From the human T2T-CHM13v2.0 reference genome, Homo sapiens, in the NCBI RefSeq assembly GCF_009914755.1, contig NC_060937.1: 64,000 bases of DNA; one strand, written 5' to 3'. This document shows, piece by piece, positions 28,052-43,470 of the stretch; position 1 is the first letter of the stretch, and each line of letters starts with the position of its first letter. A program made the translations under genes and the position numbers. The notes below the pieces were generated by a model. The model saw only the letters and a list, made by a program, of their open reading frames with translations. It ran no database searches and had not been told where the DNA came from.

Positions 28052-28361
28052 TGCTGTGTTCTGAATGTCCATGCCCCGCCCCAAATTCCTGTGTGGAAAT
28101 TCTAACCCCCAAGGTGATGGCATGGAGGTGGGGCCTTGGGAAGTGATGAGGCTCATGAACAGAATTAGTGTTCTTAGAAAAAAGACCCCAGAGAGAGCCC
28201 CCGCCCTCGCGCTGCCTATGAAGAAGGGGTCCACAGCCGACCTCGAATCTGCTGGAGCCTTGATCTTGGACTTCCAGCGTCCAGCACGGGAGGAACACAC
28301 TTCTGCTGCTGAAACCACCCAGTCTGTGGTATCCTATTACAGCATCCTGGGGAGACTAAGA
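28052..28361 (+). mobile_element. MaLR LTR, MLT1A-like
   Basis: ccaaattcctgtgtggaaattctaacccccaaggtgatgg...ccttgatcttggacttccagc...ccacccagtctgtggtat...gactaaga. Confidence 0.8.
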
Positions 28362-28677
28362 GGAAAAGAAAAAGCCCTATGCCTCTGCCCTGTAAAATGT
28401 CAGTAATTTCCTTGGGCCCCACTTCCGACGTTCACCCTCTTGTGGGTGACTTCTGCCGGCTGGCCTTGGCTCTCACTCCACGGTAACTGCCCTCCCAGCT
28501 TGGCCCACCAGCTCTCCTGTCCCCTTCCACAGCATCAAATCCACACTGAGTGCCCAAGGGCAGCGCCCTCCAAAATCCCCCACTCAGGAAAAAGGAGCAG
28601 AACCAAGCCCAAAACAGGTGGACGAGGAGGGCTCCATTCAGGCCACGTGGTGGAGGGCTGGGAGGTTCCTGAAGAAA

Positions 28678-28875
28678 GTGCGTGTGTGTGTGAGTGTGTG
28701 CCCGTGGTGTGGGTGTGCACGGTGTGTGTTCCATGTATATGTAAGTGGTGTGTGTGGTATGTATGTGTGTGTGGTGTGTGTATATGTTATGTGTGTGGTG
28801 CGTGTATATGTATGTGTGTGGTGTGTGCGTGTATGTGATATGTGCATGCACGTGATGTGTGCATGCACACATGTG
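28678..28875. repeat. Degenerate (TG)n low-complexity tract
   Basis: Direct reading. Confidence 0.9.
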
Positions 28876-31800
28876 AAGTAGAGAGGACAAAGCACACAGG
28901 TGGCAGGCGCGGGTCATCAGGGCTCGTCGTGACACCCTGGAAAATCACACAGGTGTACATGAGCCCTGAACAGAGAGAAAGGAAAAGTGGATGGGAAATT
29001 GTGGTGGGAGGAACAGAAAGGGCAGAAATTTTATAAAGGAAAGAAGGGTAAAGGGGGCGAGTGAGGTGGGACGGGATGGTGCACCTCCTCTAAGACCACG
29101 GGGAGCCTCCCCAGCCTCCTGCAGAAGCCACTGCACCTCCGGCCCCCACCACACCCTGCCCAGGTCCCTATCAAAGGCCCCCAAAGAAGAAAACACCACT
29201 CTGCTTTCTGCCCCAGTCACGCCAGCGTGCTGTTCCTCACGTTTGCTGGAAGTCCCCCCGTGGTATGTTCCTCTGCCCTGACAGGCAGGACACCTGTGGA
29301 GCCACGGTCTCCTGTGAAGAAATGCAGGTTCCACGTGCAGAGGCGGAAGCAAGGAGGCCTCCAGCCGCCCGGAACCTCTGCTCCCAGGGCTCCTGATGTG
29401 TGGTCCAGGCAGGACAGGGCACACCCGTTTACCCAGGGCCTCTACATTCAGATTCAGGGCAGGGCACCCAGCCCCTCCTCCCAATCAGGAGGCAGAACCC
29501 AACACCTGCCACCCACATCAGCCCCGTCAGGATGATTAATGACGTTGCATCCATAAAACTCCAAGAACCTGGAGACAGGGTGCTGCCTCCCAAAGCCCTG
29601 ACTCAGAAAAACACACAGCATTTCCAGCCCGCGTGGTGAGGAGACAGTCAGTGTGGGAACAAGATCCACCGAGGTGCCTCTTGCCCTTGCCCAGGACATA
29701 TCGATGAGACTGGGGAGCCCCACATGGGGACACAGAGAGTCAAACAGCGACAAACAGTTTCACACTCATGGAGATGTGTCCTTTAACATTCTGGAGTCTT
29801 GTATGTGGAAGTGAGAAGGGGGAGGTGAGGAGGCACAGTTGTCCATGGACATTTCTCAAAGCACCAACATTTCCAAATCGGGAAAAACCTGACATCAAAC
29901 AGGGAAATGGAATTTGGAGGCGTAAATCATGGGCCACCGCACCTGAGCGGCTGCCTGAGCTTTTGGGGCCTGCGAATGACCGTTCGGTTTGCCCTTCCCT
30001 GCCCCCTGCAGATCAATTTCTTCCCATTGGACATCCATTCTCGCAGCCGTGCCTTCTCCCTCCCTGGAGGTCTTAGCAGAGTGTTCACTTGGGGGTTCAG
30101 TTGTGCTATTACTGGCTAGCATCTTCCATCATGAACCTGTAGGGCAGGCTCCAGGACTGCCGCTGGCCACTACCCAGGCCCACGGGTACAGCAGGAGCCC
30201 ACAGGACAAGGAGGCACTGGGATGAGTGGACATTGGTTCTCCAGCTCAAGGAATTTACTGGCTCTACTATAGACAGATGTCATTCCTTTACCAATCTTCT
30301 AGGGAAAACCACTTCAAAATCAAGCATGTCACCACATGCCACAGACTTGGGTACTCAAGTCTTAGGGTTGTGGATTTCTCACCTAGGAGGGCAAACTAAC
30401 CTAAGGCCCTAACATGCTACAGCGGGACGCCCACAGAAAATTCTCTGGTTAAGTCCTCAAGCTCTAGCAAGACGTGTGTAAGAAATTCACATCTATCATT
30501 CATTACCTTCAGGTATTTGTCCAAATATCTAATAAAGGAGAAACCGTACCAAGGGTCTTTAACCCTTCTGATTTCACTACAGCTTTTTAGAAATTAGCCA
30601 GGAATCACTGTTAGCTTCTCGTGTCAGATTCTCATGTGAGGAAATCCAGAATCATTGAATTTGGGGCCAGTTAGCATTAAACTCATAAAACTATGTGACG
30701 AACCAAAGCTAAGCTATATGAAGTATACTTTTACCATGTTTAATGGATTTGCCAAAGGAAGAAAAATCTGACAAAGGGGCACCACGTCCCCAGAGCCATC
30801 TGGTTTGCTCGTTAACTCTGACTAATTCTTCCTTTGTTTAATTGCACATTGTGCTAAACCACTTCACAAGGATGAAGGTCTGTTAATACCATTTTTGAGC
30901 GTGCAGTTCTCCACACCCACACTACCTAATTATCTAGCATCACAACTTGCTGTCTAGAAACGTGTTTGAATGCTCAAAATATTCTACCAACAAACAGGAG
31001 GAAAATCCCATTGCCCAGTTTTCATTTGTCAGGGTTTGTTTTATGTTAAGTCTTTGATCTTGAATTAAAATATACACTCTCATTTTGCTCCCCCGAAAAG
31101 AAAGCTATTTTCCTGCCAGCCAATGTTTTGTCAAGATCATATTTACAAAAAAATATTTTTTCCCATAAATAGTCGGGACAGAGGCTGCCGGTGCTGGGCC
31201 ACACCAATGACAGCCTGCACTCCTGGAGAGTGCTCTGGGCTTTAAAAGTCATGGCATGTGATCTGCCATTCGAGATACTTCATTTTCTGCTGCTCCTTCT
31301 GAACTTGGAAACAGAATCGGCTCCCTATTTTTAAAGCTGCACTAGATTCGGTAAGCTCCAGATACAGCTGCAAATCAAGAGCCATCAATTTGTATGATGG
31401 TCTCTCCTGAGTCTAACAGGTCCCACAGCGCATGGCAAAAGGGCAGATTTTACGGTGGGCAGAACTAGGAAGTGGAGCTGGAAACGAGAATGTGCAGCTC
31501 ACTCTCCCTGTTCGGGAACGGGATGTGTGTGTATCAGTGACGTCCAAGGCATAGGGGAGCCAGCGACGGGTGGGCCTCGTGTGCAGAATAAAATAAACCA
31601 TTTAGCATAGATCTGCTTCCAGGGGCTTTTCTAGGGTACATTGTTGATATTTTACCCTTGAATTCAGGCATATTTTTAAAAAAATTCATTGTTTTCAAAG
31701 AACTATCAAAAAAGACAAAAGTAGGTGAATGTGGGAACGCACACTGATCACATGGATTCTCACGATTCCTCTGCCAGATGATGATTCATGTGCGGTATGT

Positions 31801-32821
31801 GGAAATAGGAAATAGGGGACATCTGGAAAAAAATCTTGGCATTGCAAACGCCAGACAAAACACGGAAAAGGAAAAGAGAATGTATTCTATTAACCCATTT
31901 AGCCAGCCAACGGGAGGGGAGGGAAGACACCCTCGGGTCCTGCAGATGAGCCTGAGTGTCAAAGTCAGATACTTTGGGGGGTGGAATCCATTAGATGGCA
32001 AAAACAAAGTGATATCTCACGCATGTTCCCCTTTGAATAATAGCTAGACCAAGCAAGGCTGGCCGATGGGAGGGAGGAGTCTGGACGTTGGTAAGTACAC
32101 GCACATTGGGAAAAGCTGTTGGCAACAAAAACTCGCAGCGGTATTTGGAAAAGATGGGGAGTTGAAGAAAAGGAGAGTCGTTTTCCTCACATTTTAAGGG
32201 GTAATGATTCCGGAAATGGATGATAAAACCACAACGTTGATTAGAAATTTGGATGGAAACTGCAGGCAGACCTCCCAAGTGAGCCCATCTCATTTTCCCT
32301 CCACCAAAAGCATCCAAAAGCTACAAACACTACCTAATGGCCCTGCCAAGATTCTCAAAACATTCTAACATCCCTTTAATTTAGGTCCTGGGAGCGCTTC
32401 TGTCACGGATGGAACAGGTCCATTTCTCTGGGTTTCCAGGCTTCACCTGCGGATTGCAAATACTTAGCTGGATGGGGATCCATGTCTATGTCTTTCTATC
32501 CATGGATCTGTCTAGAGCTGAGCTAACAAGCACATTTTCCTCACACTTATTGCAACTTCAAAATGCAGCTGCTATTCACATGACACGCATATGTCCCTAC
32601 ATGTGACATTTTAAGTTGCTTAAGTGCTCTTATGTACAGTATCCCCCATTCAGTTCTTTTAGCAACTCTGGGGAATTTCCAGGTCAGGGCATAACTTGGT
32701 CAAAACAACTTGGTGAAAAACAGTGGGTAGATGGGGGAACTTACACTAGAATCAAGGTTTTATCCACTGATGCACTCTTTCACAAAGGCCGTTCCTGGCT
32801 TCAGAAATAAAAAGGGTCAGA

Positions 32822-33197
<376 letters not shown>

Positions 33198-33890
33198 TTA
33201 TTACAGGCTCTGAGACATCCCAGGGCAAAACAACAAATGTCCATTTAACCTGAACTCAGTTTTCCCCAAACGCCTGTGTCCTTGGAACCTCTTCCCGTTT
33301 CCATCCCGGAGGAAACATCTGTTGACATCCTAAAGATGGTCTGATGATCATATTTTGGGAAAGGCTAAACTAGACACTATTGTCTCTCAGGAATATTCAA
33401 AACATGTATAAACAAAGGCATTCAATTGATCTCAAAAAATTAGTAATCTCAAATATGCTTAATGCACTACCTAAACAAAGCTTATATTTATTTTTTAAAT
33501 CCCCCTAGTATTGTACACTAAGGAACACTTTTTAATGCGTTTTGATTTTATGGTATATATTTCACACGTTATAAGTAAGAAAATTGAATTTCTTTTTAAA
33601 TAGACTAGATTTGAAATTCTCACTAAGTCAAATCTGGCACAGTGCGTCTCACATATTAAGTACTTAATAAATTACTGTTATTATTAATAACTCACCATTA
33701 TTAGTTCAAATGAATGAACTTATCCAAAGTTTCAAAGAGTCTACACAAAAATATTTGCTTTCATGTGCTTGAGTAAAGAATTTAGTATCTAAGAAGCATA
33801 ACACCTTTAACGTTTAAAACAATGGTTAATATAATTTATAGGAAAAATTTTTTAATATTCTGTTAAAAACAGCAATAAAAGAAAGAAGAT

Positions 33891-34195
33891 GCCGGGCGCA
33901 GTGGCTCACGCCTGTAATCCCAGCACTTTGGGAGGCTGAGGCGGGCGGATCACAAGGTCAGGAGATCGAGACCTTCCTGGCTAACAGGGTGAAACCCCGT
34001 CTCTACTAAAAATACAAAAAAATTAGCCTGGCATGGTGGCGGGTGCCTGTAGTCCCAGCTACTTGGGAGGCTGAGGGAGGAGAATGGCGTGAACCAGTGA
34101 ACCCGGGAGGTGGAGCTTGCAGTGAGCTGAGATGACGCCACTGCACACCAGCCTGGGCGACAGAGTAAGACTCTGTCTCAAAAAAAAAAAAAAGA
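33891..34195 (+). mobile_element. AluY-like, with an 8-bp internal duplication (gtgaacca gtgaaccc)
   Basis: gagatcgagacc.tcctggctaac, gaatggcgtgaacc; TSD aaagaagat. Confidence 0.93.
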
Positions 34196-35872
34196 AGATA
34201 TGCAAGAAAGATAATCATACAAGAAGGTAATTATTATTCTTTAATAATTACTGGAGATGCAAATATATTCTACACAGATACTAGGAATAACAAGGAATAA
34301 CAGGAGAAGAGCCAGTCCATCTATCTATATGGTGGAATATTTAAAGCACTCTGTCCTTGTATATTTTAATTTCATAATGAAAACATGGCTAAAACTATGT
34401 CTATTGTTACCCATGTGTAAATTAGAGGAAAGATCATGGAAATAAATTTATTTATAAATTGAAGATTATTGAATTCTCCAAAAATACAAATAAAGTACAG
34501 TCCCTGTCTCAAAAAGGAATTTCATCTAAGATTTAATTACAACTATGAAAATACCCTAAATTTATGATCTTAGGAAAAAGTGAGTCCCATACCTTAAAGG
34601 TAATGTTAGATTCTAAGGCACTTTGACAATTGTTACAATATAGCACAAAAACGACTAGAATGTTGTAGATGATGTGTTTAAAACCAGCATGCAAGCTCAA
34701 GCCTAAACTCCTTATCACGTAGACATTGCAATGTCTCTGGCAATGGGAGCTAATAAAAAACAATCAATGTAAAATGGCACATCTAATTCAACAGACTGGA
34801 AAATCTGTCCTCTTCTCTTCTTGTATTTAGGTATTAGATTTATGGTATTCCTTACAGATAATATTTTTCTTCTTATTTTGTATGTCCTTGAGAGAAATAT
34901 ACTAAGAGTGCTCATTTTGCATCTCTCAAAGTGCCCAGCAAAGTAACAACTGAAAAACATGCGTTGATTAATTAATCATGTATCTAAGGATTGACAGACA
35001 CAATTCCTCTCCAGCTCTAAGTAGCCTGTGAAAAGGGAAAAGAAGATGCCTCTTCCAGATGTGGAGGAGGCAGAGGCACAAGTCGATGATCCTGAGTCAA
35101 AGAGAGGACGTGTGAGAAGCATGGCCATGCCCACGTCCTGGGTAATCGCGGAGACACAGTGAAGACGACCAGCCTTCAAACAGAGGAAGGAGCTCCTTGT
35201 GGAGCGGACTCTACACCAGGATTTCCGAAAGGCAGGGGCTGTGGGGTGACCCAGTGCTCACGCTGGGGGTGTTTCTGCAGCCCTCTCACAGGCCTGAAAC
35301 AGGCTTACTTCAAAATGCCTTCCCCTTAGAGAGGTTTTATTCCTAATGCACAGGGAAAAGCAATCCAGAATGGGGTGGGATGCATATTTTGATGGGCTGG
35401 GCACCCCTAACCTGTCTCAGGAGGGGACAATGGGGCAGGAGTGGCTGCTGACTGGCTGACCTGCCCCTTGTCACACACAGGGGCTCGCTGTGGGTTAGTT
35501 GTTGAACCGGGCTGGAGGCCCACGTTGACTCCTGTAGAACAGGAACTGGGAGGTCTGCCCAGGGCCCCAGAGGAGTAGGCTCATTTCTTTGTGGTCCTCC
35601 AGCAGTCCTCCCCGTCCCGACCCGTTAGAGAAAGGCTTCAGAAGGCTTGCTGTCCTTGGCAGGTGGCCTGGGGCGCAGTGGGTCCGCCACAGAGTCAGTA
35701 AGAGGAAAGGAACTTGCTCAAGACTTCGGATATTCTGAGCCGTGTCTTCAGCTGGCCCGACTCCCTCAGATTAGGGTCTGCATATCTGAAGGAGTAGAAA
35801 CTGAGTCGTACTCTGGTTAGTGCCTGAATCCTGTTATTTGTCTTTTATTAGCTATAGAAGATGGGGTTAGTT

Positions 35873-36095
35873 CAGCGGTATTCCATCCAGGGTGAGTCTG
35901 CACCCCCCACCCCCCGCCAGGAGACATTCAGCAACAGCTGGAGATATATTTATGTCACGACTGCTGGGGTGGGGGTGCTCCTGGCATCCGATGTGTAAAG
36001 GCTGGGATGCTGCTCGACGTCCTACAATGGACAGGACAGACCCACAACCAAAAATTATCCCACTCAAACTGTCAATACCACCAAGTGGAAAAAGC
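35873..36095 (+). mobile_element. MER20 (hAT-Charlie) DNA transposon
   Basis: ggagacatt...gtcacgactg...gtgctcctggcatc...gggatgctgct..acgtcctacaatg.acaggacag..cccacaac.aa.aattatcc. Confidence 0.8.
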
Positions 36096-39000
36096 CCGGG
36101 CTGGTTGGTTTCTTCCACTGTATAATAGATATTACAATAATGTGCATAAAACATACTCGGCCCCAGCCCTGGCCCAAGATACAGTCTCTTTCTCTTTCTT
36201 GCTCTGACACTCACAAGCCAGGATTTTTCTATCCTAGCCTAGATCCGTTGTGTAAAAGCAGCAGCTATAGCCAAATGTTGAGATGCAGAGAGACAGGTTT
36301 ATACAAAGGTGTGACATGGACATACACCGATTGTGTCAAATATCTAGGCGCTAAATGGCTGGTAAAGCTACAAACTGTTTGCCATAACAAAAGAAAGGGT
36401 ATCCTGTACAAGCTCAGCCATACACGACATTAAACTCTTCCCAGATTTCCTGGGCCAGCAATGAAATCACTTCCAGACTGGCCACAGACTTCTCCAGCCT
36501 TTTCAAATCAGATAAGATACACATTTTAGACAGACAGATAGCAATGCCATCTTCAAAGTTCTCTGCTTGGAAAGCAGTCTTGGTTGTTCTATCTGATGAC
36601 AATATTATTGCAATGCAGAGCCAATGTGGACAGGAGCTGTGATTTATAGACAATCTAATTAGTAATAACAGGATAATGTGCTGCTTCTCTATATCTTTGC
36701 CGAGGATCTGGGTATCAGCAGGGTTAAAGTATTACAAGAAGGTATGAGATATCCACACAGTTGTCACTACTCACTAGAAATGCTACAATTCTACTTAATT
36801 GAGACTCTGCTCACAAGACTGTGGCTTGGCAATGTCCCTTTTTGGAGTCACTATAGTAGAAACCGTCAAATCTTTGCTATGACAGCATTTATCAGCTGGT
36901 CCCAAGAGCTGTTTTCTCTGATTAATGCAGTTCAATTAACATGTGTCTTCACACGTACGTGTGACAGAAGAACCTAGTCTATATCTAAGCAAGCCTGGCA
37001 AATTAGTGAGGACATGAGAGGCTGGGGTCCTGCTGAATTGGGGAAGCTGTCCCTTGATTTTATGCTCCAGGTCCCAGGGATCACTTCCTTCTCAGAAAGA
37101 CTTTTGTATTTGTTTTCTCAACAGCTTCTCCTGGAATGTAATGGTTTACTCTCGCCTTGTTATTTATGTACACCAGTCTTCCATCTCTAGTTTAACTTTA
37201 AATTCCCTTTTTTGGACACTGCAGGGTCACAGACTATGGTGATAGTGTTATGGAAACGTGGGCTCCCAGGTTAGATTATTTGAAAGAGGTCTTGTGCAAA
37301 CTCTATTTTAGCAAAACATAAATGGTTAATTTCCTTAGCATATAGCAGTAACTTCTGGGAATGTGTTGCCTTTCCTACTATCTTAAATACTTGAGAAAAT
37401 CAAATTATCACTCAAAAGAAGAGCTTAACTTTTGGCTATTTCTGTGAAGGCAAGCATTCAAAACCCTAATCAGTACAAGCAGACAGCATTCCCACACTGC
37501 CGCAGTCTCTGGAGGAGCACAGAGCCACTGTGTGCAAGGCCAAATTAATTACCTAACAGAAAACATCTGAAGATATGAGTGGCCTTCCAAGCAAGTGGGA
37601 AAATAAACAACTCAGCAAAGACTCTCTGAAATCCAGTAGAAACCTGCTGAATTTAACTGTTGAACTCAGATCAAGCTATCTAGTATTTACTGACTACTTG
37701 AAAACTATGAGATTATAACGCCAGCAATGATCTGTTGCACTAAAATGTATTTATAGTATCTATAGAATATAAGACATTTTGTCCATTCTGTCATATCGCC
37801 ATAGAAAGCAGAACTTAGTCAAAAGAGATTTGTACTGGAGATATTCCAGTTTCTGTTGAGGATACTGATGGTTTGCAAATAATAGTGTCAAAGTGCTCCT
37901 CAAAGAGACGTGGGAAAATATGTCTTAGAAGTAATAATTTCCAAATTTCTAAGGCTGTGACATTCTGACCCAGCTTGGTAACTTTAACTGCATCTGAGCT
38001 GTGCCTCCTACTGTTCTGTTTAAAGAACAACCAATCAAAATCAATTTAATGTGTAGACATTTGAGAATATCAAAATAATTTCTATGAGGATAGAAGGTGT
38101 TCAGTTGCAGCTCATAAGCAGACTAGTGATCTAAACCAGTAGATTTGTATTCCAGTATTCCAACCCCTTTAGTCATTTTGTTTTTACACTAGGTCAGCAT
38201 TTCTAGGGCTGGGACGCTCTGAATATGCAGAAGGTGGCAGGAAGTGCAGAAGGTAGAAGGTGGCAGCCACTGAGGAGGGTCCACTTCTTCTCTTGACCTG
38301 CCAGCCTAGAGTACATTTCTTTCTTAGCTGACTTTGGGATGAGAGAAAGGGAACCAGATCGGAAACCCTAGCTCAGTGAAGCTGAGGCATTTCACATCAT
38401 TAAATTGATTATTTTAACAGGACTTCCAAGACAATAAGGGGAAGTTTGTTTAAAATTTCCTCTGTCAGTGGGAGGAAGGGCTCTTTCCCCTTCTCAATGC
38501 TGTGTGAACCATAGGACCTGAAATGTTTATGCTCAAGATGAGAAAAAAATAGACCTTCTCCATTTTTGTTAAAATGATATAATACTAAACCATTTAGCTA
38601 TTGTCCTAGGCCTAGACTTCAAGAGGTCTTCTGAATCCATTCAATCATCATTGCCTTTTAAATCACAAATTCAGAATGGTCTAAGGTAGAGCTTGCTAGC
38701 ATTTTATTTTAAATGTTCTTTATGGAATTAAAAAAAATTAAAAAAAAACAGTAAGAACCCCAAAGTTGGCAATGGAGAAACAGGAGTGTAGAGGAGCAGG
38801 TCAGGCCAAAAAAGTCCTGGAGGTGCTGGGCTCCCTGGCCTAGGTCCCTTGGTGGGAAACCTGGCTAAGGCCACACAAGGAGGGGAGCAGGATCCTGCTC
38901 CTTCCATCCCAGTCCTGGCCCGGGCTCTGCTGACTCCCAGTGTCAAGGCTAAAGCTGGCCCCTGTAGGAAGCTGGCATGGAGCCTCCCTCGGGACACAAC

Positions 39001-39382
39001 TTCCACGTGGCCCCACACTTCTCTGCCTTCCTGTCCTAAGCAGGGCGCAAGCCCCACGCAGGCTCCAAGCCAGGACAGGCACAGACCTCGCCTGGCCAGA
39101 GGGGGCCACCCCCAGCAAGGGCTCCTCCTTGGGCAATGTTGAGATGAAATGTTGGCGGCCCCTTTCCTTCAGGCCAGGTGCTGGACACCGCCTCCCCTGC
39201 CTTCCCCACACATGTGTAGCCCACTCGGAGTGGAAGCGGCTTGGCTCTGAGGGGTGTTACCAGGTTGTGGAGATGTCAGTTGACAGGTAGGGAAGGCTAC
39301 ACCCTATCATTCTCCCTTGTCATGTTTTGATGAGTGGATTTTTGGGAAAAACTGAAATAAATTACGTTAAAAAAGTTACAAG

Positions 39383-39683
39383 TTTTTTCGTTTTTGGTTT
39401 TGAGTTAGAGCCTTGCTCTGTCGCCTAGGCTAGAGTGCAATGGTGTGTTCTTGGCTCACTGCAACCTCCGCCTCCTGGGTTCAAGCAATTCTCCTGTCTC
39501 AACCTCCTGAGCAGCTGGGACTAGAGGTGTGTGCCACCACGCTGGGCTAATTTTTGTACTTTTAGTAGAGACTGAGTTTCGCCGTGTTGGCCAGGATGGT
39601 CTCAAACTCCTGACTTCCAGTGATCCTCCTGCCTCAGCCTCCCAAACTGCTAGGATTACAGGCGTGACCCACCATGCCTGGCC
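39383..39683 (-). mobile_element. Alu (older S/J-like)
   Basis: Antisense full dimer. Confidence 0.93.
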
Positions 39684-41188
39684 TAAAAAATATATATAAG
39701 TTTATAGATGCGGAGAGAATAAGAAAGTATGTAAAGCTCCAGAGCCAGGAGGGGCCGCCAAGGCCTGCCGGCTGGACAGAAGCAAATGGAAATGGAGGTG
39801 GACATCAACCCTGCTGTCCCTAGGAGGGAGCAGGGCCAACTTGGCTCCAGCCCTGCTGCTTTCAAAGTCACATGGAAAACAGAGGTAATCATGATCCAGG
39901 CCTTAATTCCTCTTTGTTGGGACCCCAAAGTTCTCCATTTTATCATTTTAAGGACATTTTTATGAGTTTGGTGAACTCACTTGTATATTTCAAGTTAGGT
40001 TTTTAACGAAATGTCTGTGGCATGAGAAACACTTGCGTCTACTTTAAAATAACTCTTGAGCATGCACACTGGAAATCGCTAGAAAAATCCAAAGTAAGAG
40101 AGCAGAGCATGAAGATAAATTAGAGTTGATATGAAAAGATGTGAAACTTTCCTTACATACTCCATTCATTCAAAAACTATCCAGGTAACACTAGTGCCAT
40201 CACCTATCAGGCATATTTTTTAAAATAATAATGTTGGCATTTCAGCAAATAGTCAAAAAGAAACCACAGAATTTTCTGTAAACTAGAATTTGCTGAATTT
40301 CGAAAGCATCAGTCTGTGGCCCCATAAAACCTCTGGCATGCCGGGGAGGGAAGTAAGAATTCACACGCTAGCCAGAATGACACCTTCAGCTTTCTGGAAA
40401 CAGTATCCTACAGAGCATCCACTCCATTCTACAGGGTCCCAACCTGCTGTGCGCACCTGCACCAAAGGCCGAGTGGCTTAAGGTGGTGGCGTTTCCTCAC
40501 AGCCACACCTGGTTTCCACGGTGACCCACAGACAGTACCAGGATGCTGCACTGTTTTCTGGATAAAAAAACAGCCAGGCACCCTCTTTCCAACCAACTGA
40601 AATGCACAGATTCAACTTGCCTTCCAGAGAAACTTATCTTTATCTGGAGCCCTGGTTCTTAAATGAAAGGGAGGGGAACAGTTTGCTTGCAAAGAAATAC
40701 ATTTTAATTTTACATTTGGGAAACACTAAGTTTCCCAAGCAATATTTTTATAAATAAATCTAGACAAGCATGTGATGGATTAAAAGATGGTTTAAAAATA
40801 CTAATTTGAAGAGAAGGTCCTCAAGTAGAATAGGAACTAGTTTCTTTTTCCAGAAAAATGTTAAAATTAGTTCTTATACATCAATTCGAAAAAGTACGAT
40901 AGATTCAACAGATTTTCTACCAAGAGTCAAAAAGGAAAATAAACCAAATATGTTTTTCTACATTAATTGCCACATACTATTACATTCTTTGGAGAAGAGC
41001 TATTATAATAATATTACTACTCAGAAGTAATGTCAAGCCTGGTTTGGCTTCATTTGTATTGCTCTGGGGAAATTATCAAAACAGTAATAAGGCTTTCACC
41101 TGAATTGCTGATTATTCGGTTACTGTTAATGTAGTACTTACTGTCCAATTCACAAAGAAATGTTGTGATTTAAATTTCGGCAACTCAC

Positions 41189-41248
41189 CTTTTGTCCCTT
41201 CACTCCATGGCAGTCACATTTGCCACAGCCAGAGCCAGCACAGCCACC
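41189..41248 (-). CDS. COL4A1: COL4A1 exon 2 (60 nt), [20 protein letters not shown], Cys-rich start of the 7S domain
   Basis: Acceptor TTTTCTCTTCCTTCCAG, donor AAG|GTGAGT; four Cys. Confidence 0.97.
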
Positions 41249-41834
41249 CTGGAAGGAAGAGAAAACTTCTTTAAATAGAAGAACACTTTCAAAGCGAGGG
41301 CACTATGCAAATGGAGGTGGTTCTGGCATCTTGACTTGTTTATGAGCGAAGCCTGCCCTGTCCTTCGGACACAATCTTATCTGCACTGGTTTTCATGGGG
41401 CTGTCATGCAGTTCCACTTAGGGTGCAGATCCCCTGCCCAAATAGATAAAAAAAAATCCTTGAGTAGAACAAATCCAAGTGTTACTCAGCCCAAAAAGTG
41501 AACAATGTCACCTATACTTTTTGCCCTTTGTTAATTTCTATTTGAAGTTGACTCCCTCGGGGATTCGTTTAACAGGGCAACACCCATATTTGCAAAGCTA
41601 CCCAAATGTCATGCTTCTTATTTAGAGGTGTCAGACCTAAGACCGTGGAGGCTGAGAGCTCCCAATGACGTGGTCTCAAGGACACACGGCCGCGCAAAAA
41701 AAGTTTGTACAGAACAGAATAAAGGAATGAGCTGATTTTTAAGCCCCAATCTTAAAGAACTCCTTTTTGAATTCAATTAAAGCTTGAACGTCACATTAAA
41801 GAACAGTCAACAACAAAATATTCTTGTAGTTCAC

Positions 41835-42143
<309 letters not shown>

Positions 42144-42224
42144 TAACATAAAAATTAACGTTTAAAATGGAAGGAAATGAATCCAAGCCTGTGATAAAAG
42201 CTGGAAAGGAAGCAAGCTACCACG

Positions 42225-42390
42225 TGTTCAAACGCTTACCAGGTGCCACGCACAGTCAGCGATCATCTTATTTAATGATCATAACAAGCATTTCAAGATA
42301 GGTAGTGCCATCCCCATTTACAGATGTGGAAACTGAATTAGAAGATTTATTATAACACGCTAGGACAAAGTTGAAATTAGAACCCAACTT
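42225..42390 (-). mobile_element. MIR fragment
   Basis: atccccatttacagatgtggaaactga MIR core. Confidence 0.6.
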
Positions 42391-43312
42391 CAATTTCCAT
42401 TATGTAAAATTGTCATCACATGAAAAGATAGAAATACGTCGGTACACACACGCATTTGCAATTTCCTTAGAAGAATCCCAATTTTAAACCATGACAGACA
42501 CAGGTATTGTGGACAGAATGTAAAGAGGTATGAGATGAATAATCAGGTTAATAAGCTTTATTAGAGGCTCTGCTTTAAGTCTGATATAAAATGTTTACTT
42601 ATATTCTACTTCAGGTGATTATCATTTCCTGAAAATAAAATCATGCCACTAATAGTATTGTGATCATGCAAAGTGTATATTTTTAACAACATATTCCAGC
42701 CTCAGCTGCATTGCCATGGAGACGCCTGCATAAAACAATCACATCTGGAGATATTTATTTTGTAAAGCTAAATCTGAACAAGTGCCTCCAAGACAGTAAG
42801 CTGTTCTCAATTTTATATTTTGGAAATGGGGACAGCTGACAACAGTCCAAAAAAACTCCAGAGATGATAGGTCTGTGTTTTTCTCTGACTCACATTTTAG
42901 GCAGTTTTCAGCCTACACTCTCATAACCTCCTAACATTTTAAATCAATCCATGTGCACAGATTTGCTTCATAATCTGGGTTTTGGTGACCACTCAGAGGC
43001 ATCCAAAGAGATGAGGCCAAAATCTGTAACCTGTGCTCCAGGAGGTTCTTCCAAAATGGACAAATACCAGTACTGAGAGACCTCACCAGAGGTACCTAAC
43101 TCAGCCAGCACTACCATGTGTCTAATCCCCAGGTGAGGGTCACCTGCTCCGTACCTGGCTCCTGCGAATTGCTGACTGCATGTCTCTATTGTCAGGCTTA
43201 TCACGTTTCTCGTTGTTTACTTCTGTGTCTCCCCGGTACACCCTGAGTGCTTTGGAGGCAGCCTCACATACAGCTCACACCAGGCTCCCGTAGCATTGAG
43301 CCTGATGTGAGC

Positions 43313-43470
43313 TGTACTTCATCTAAGACGACACCAATTGTAAAACCCATACTAAGAAATCAAGAAGGGTACTAATTAAACAATGACACATTATCAATTG
43401 TTAGATCTATCCCAATTCCAGAGTTGTTAAAACATCAATAAATGCACATCTTAGAACTGATGAAATCAGT
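43313..43470 (-). mobile_element. Small TcMar MITE (MER104-like)
   Basis: Degenerate terminal inverted repeats tacttcatctaagacg / catcttagaactgatgaaat; interior resembles the remembered MER104 consensus. Confidence 0.5.
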
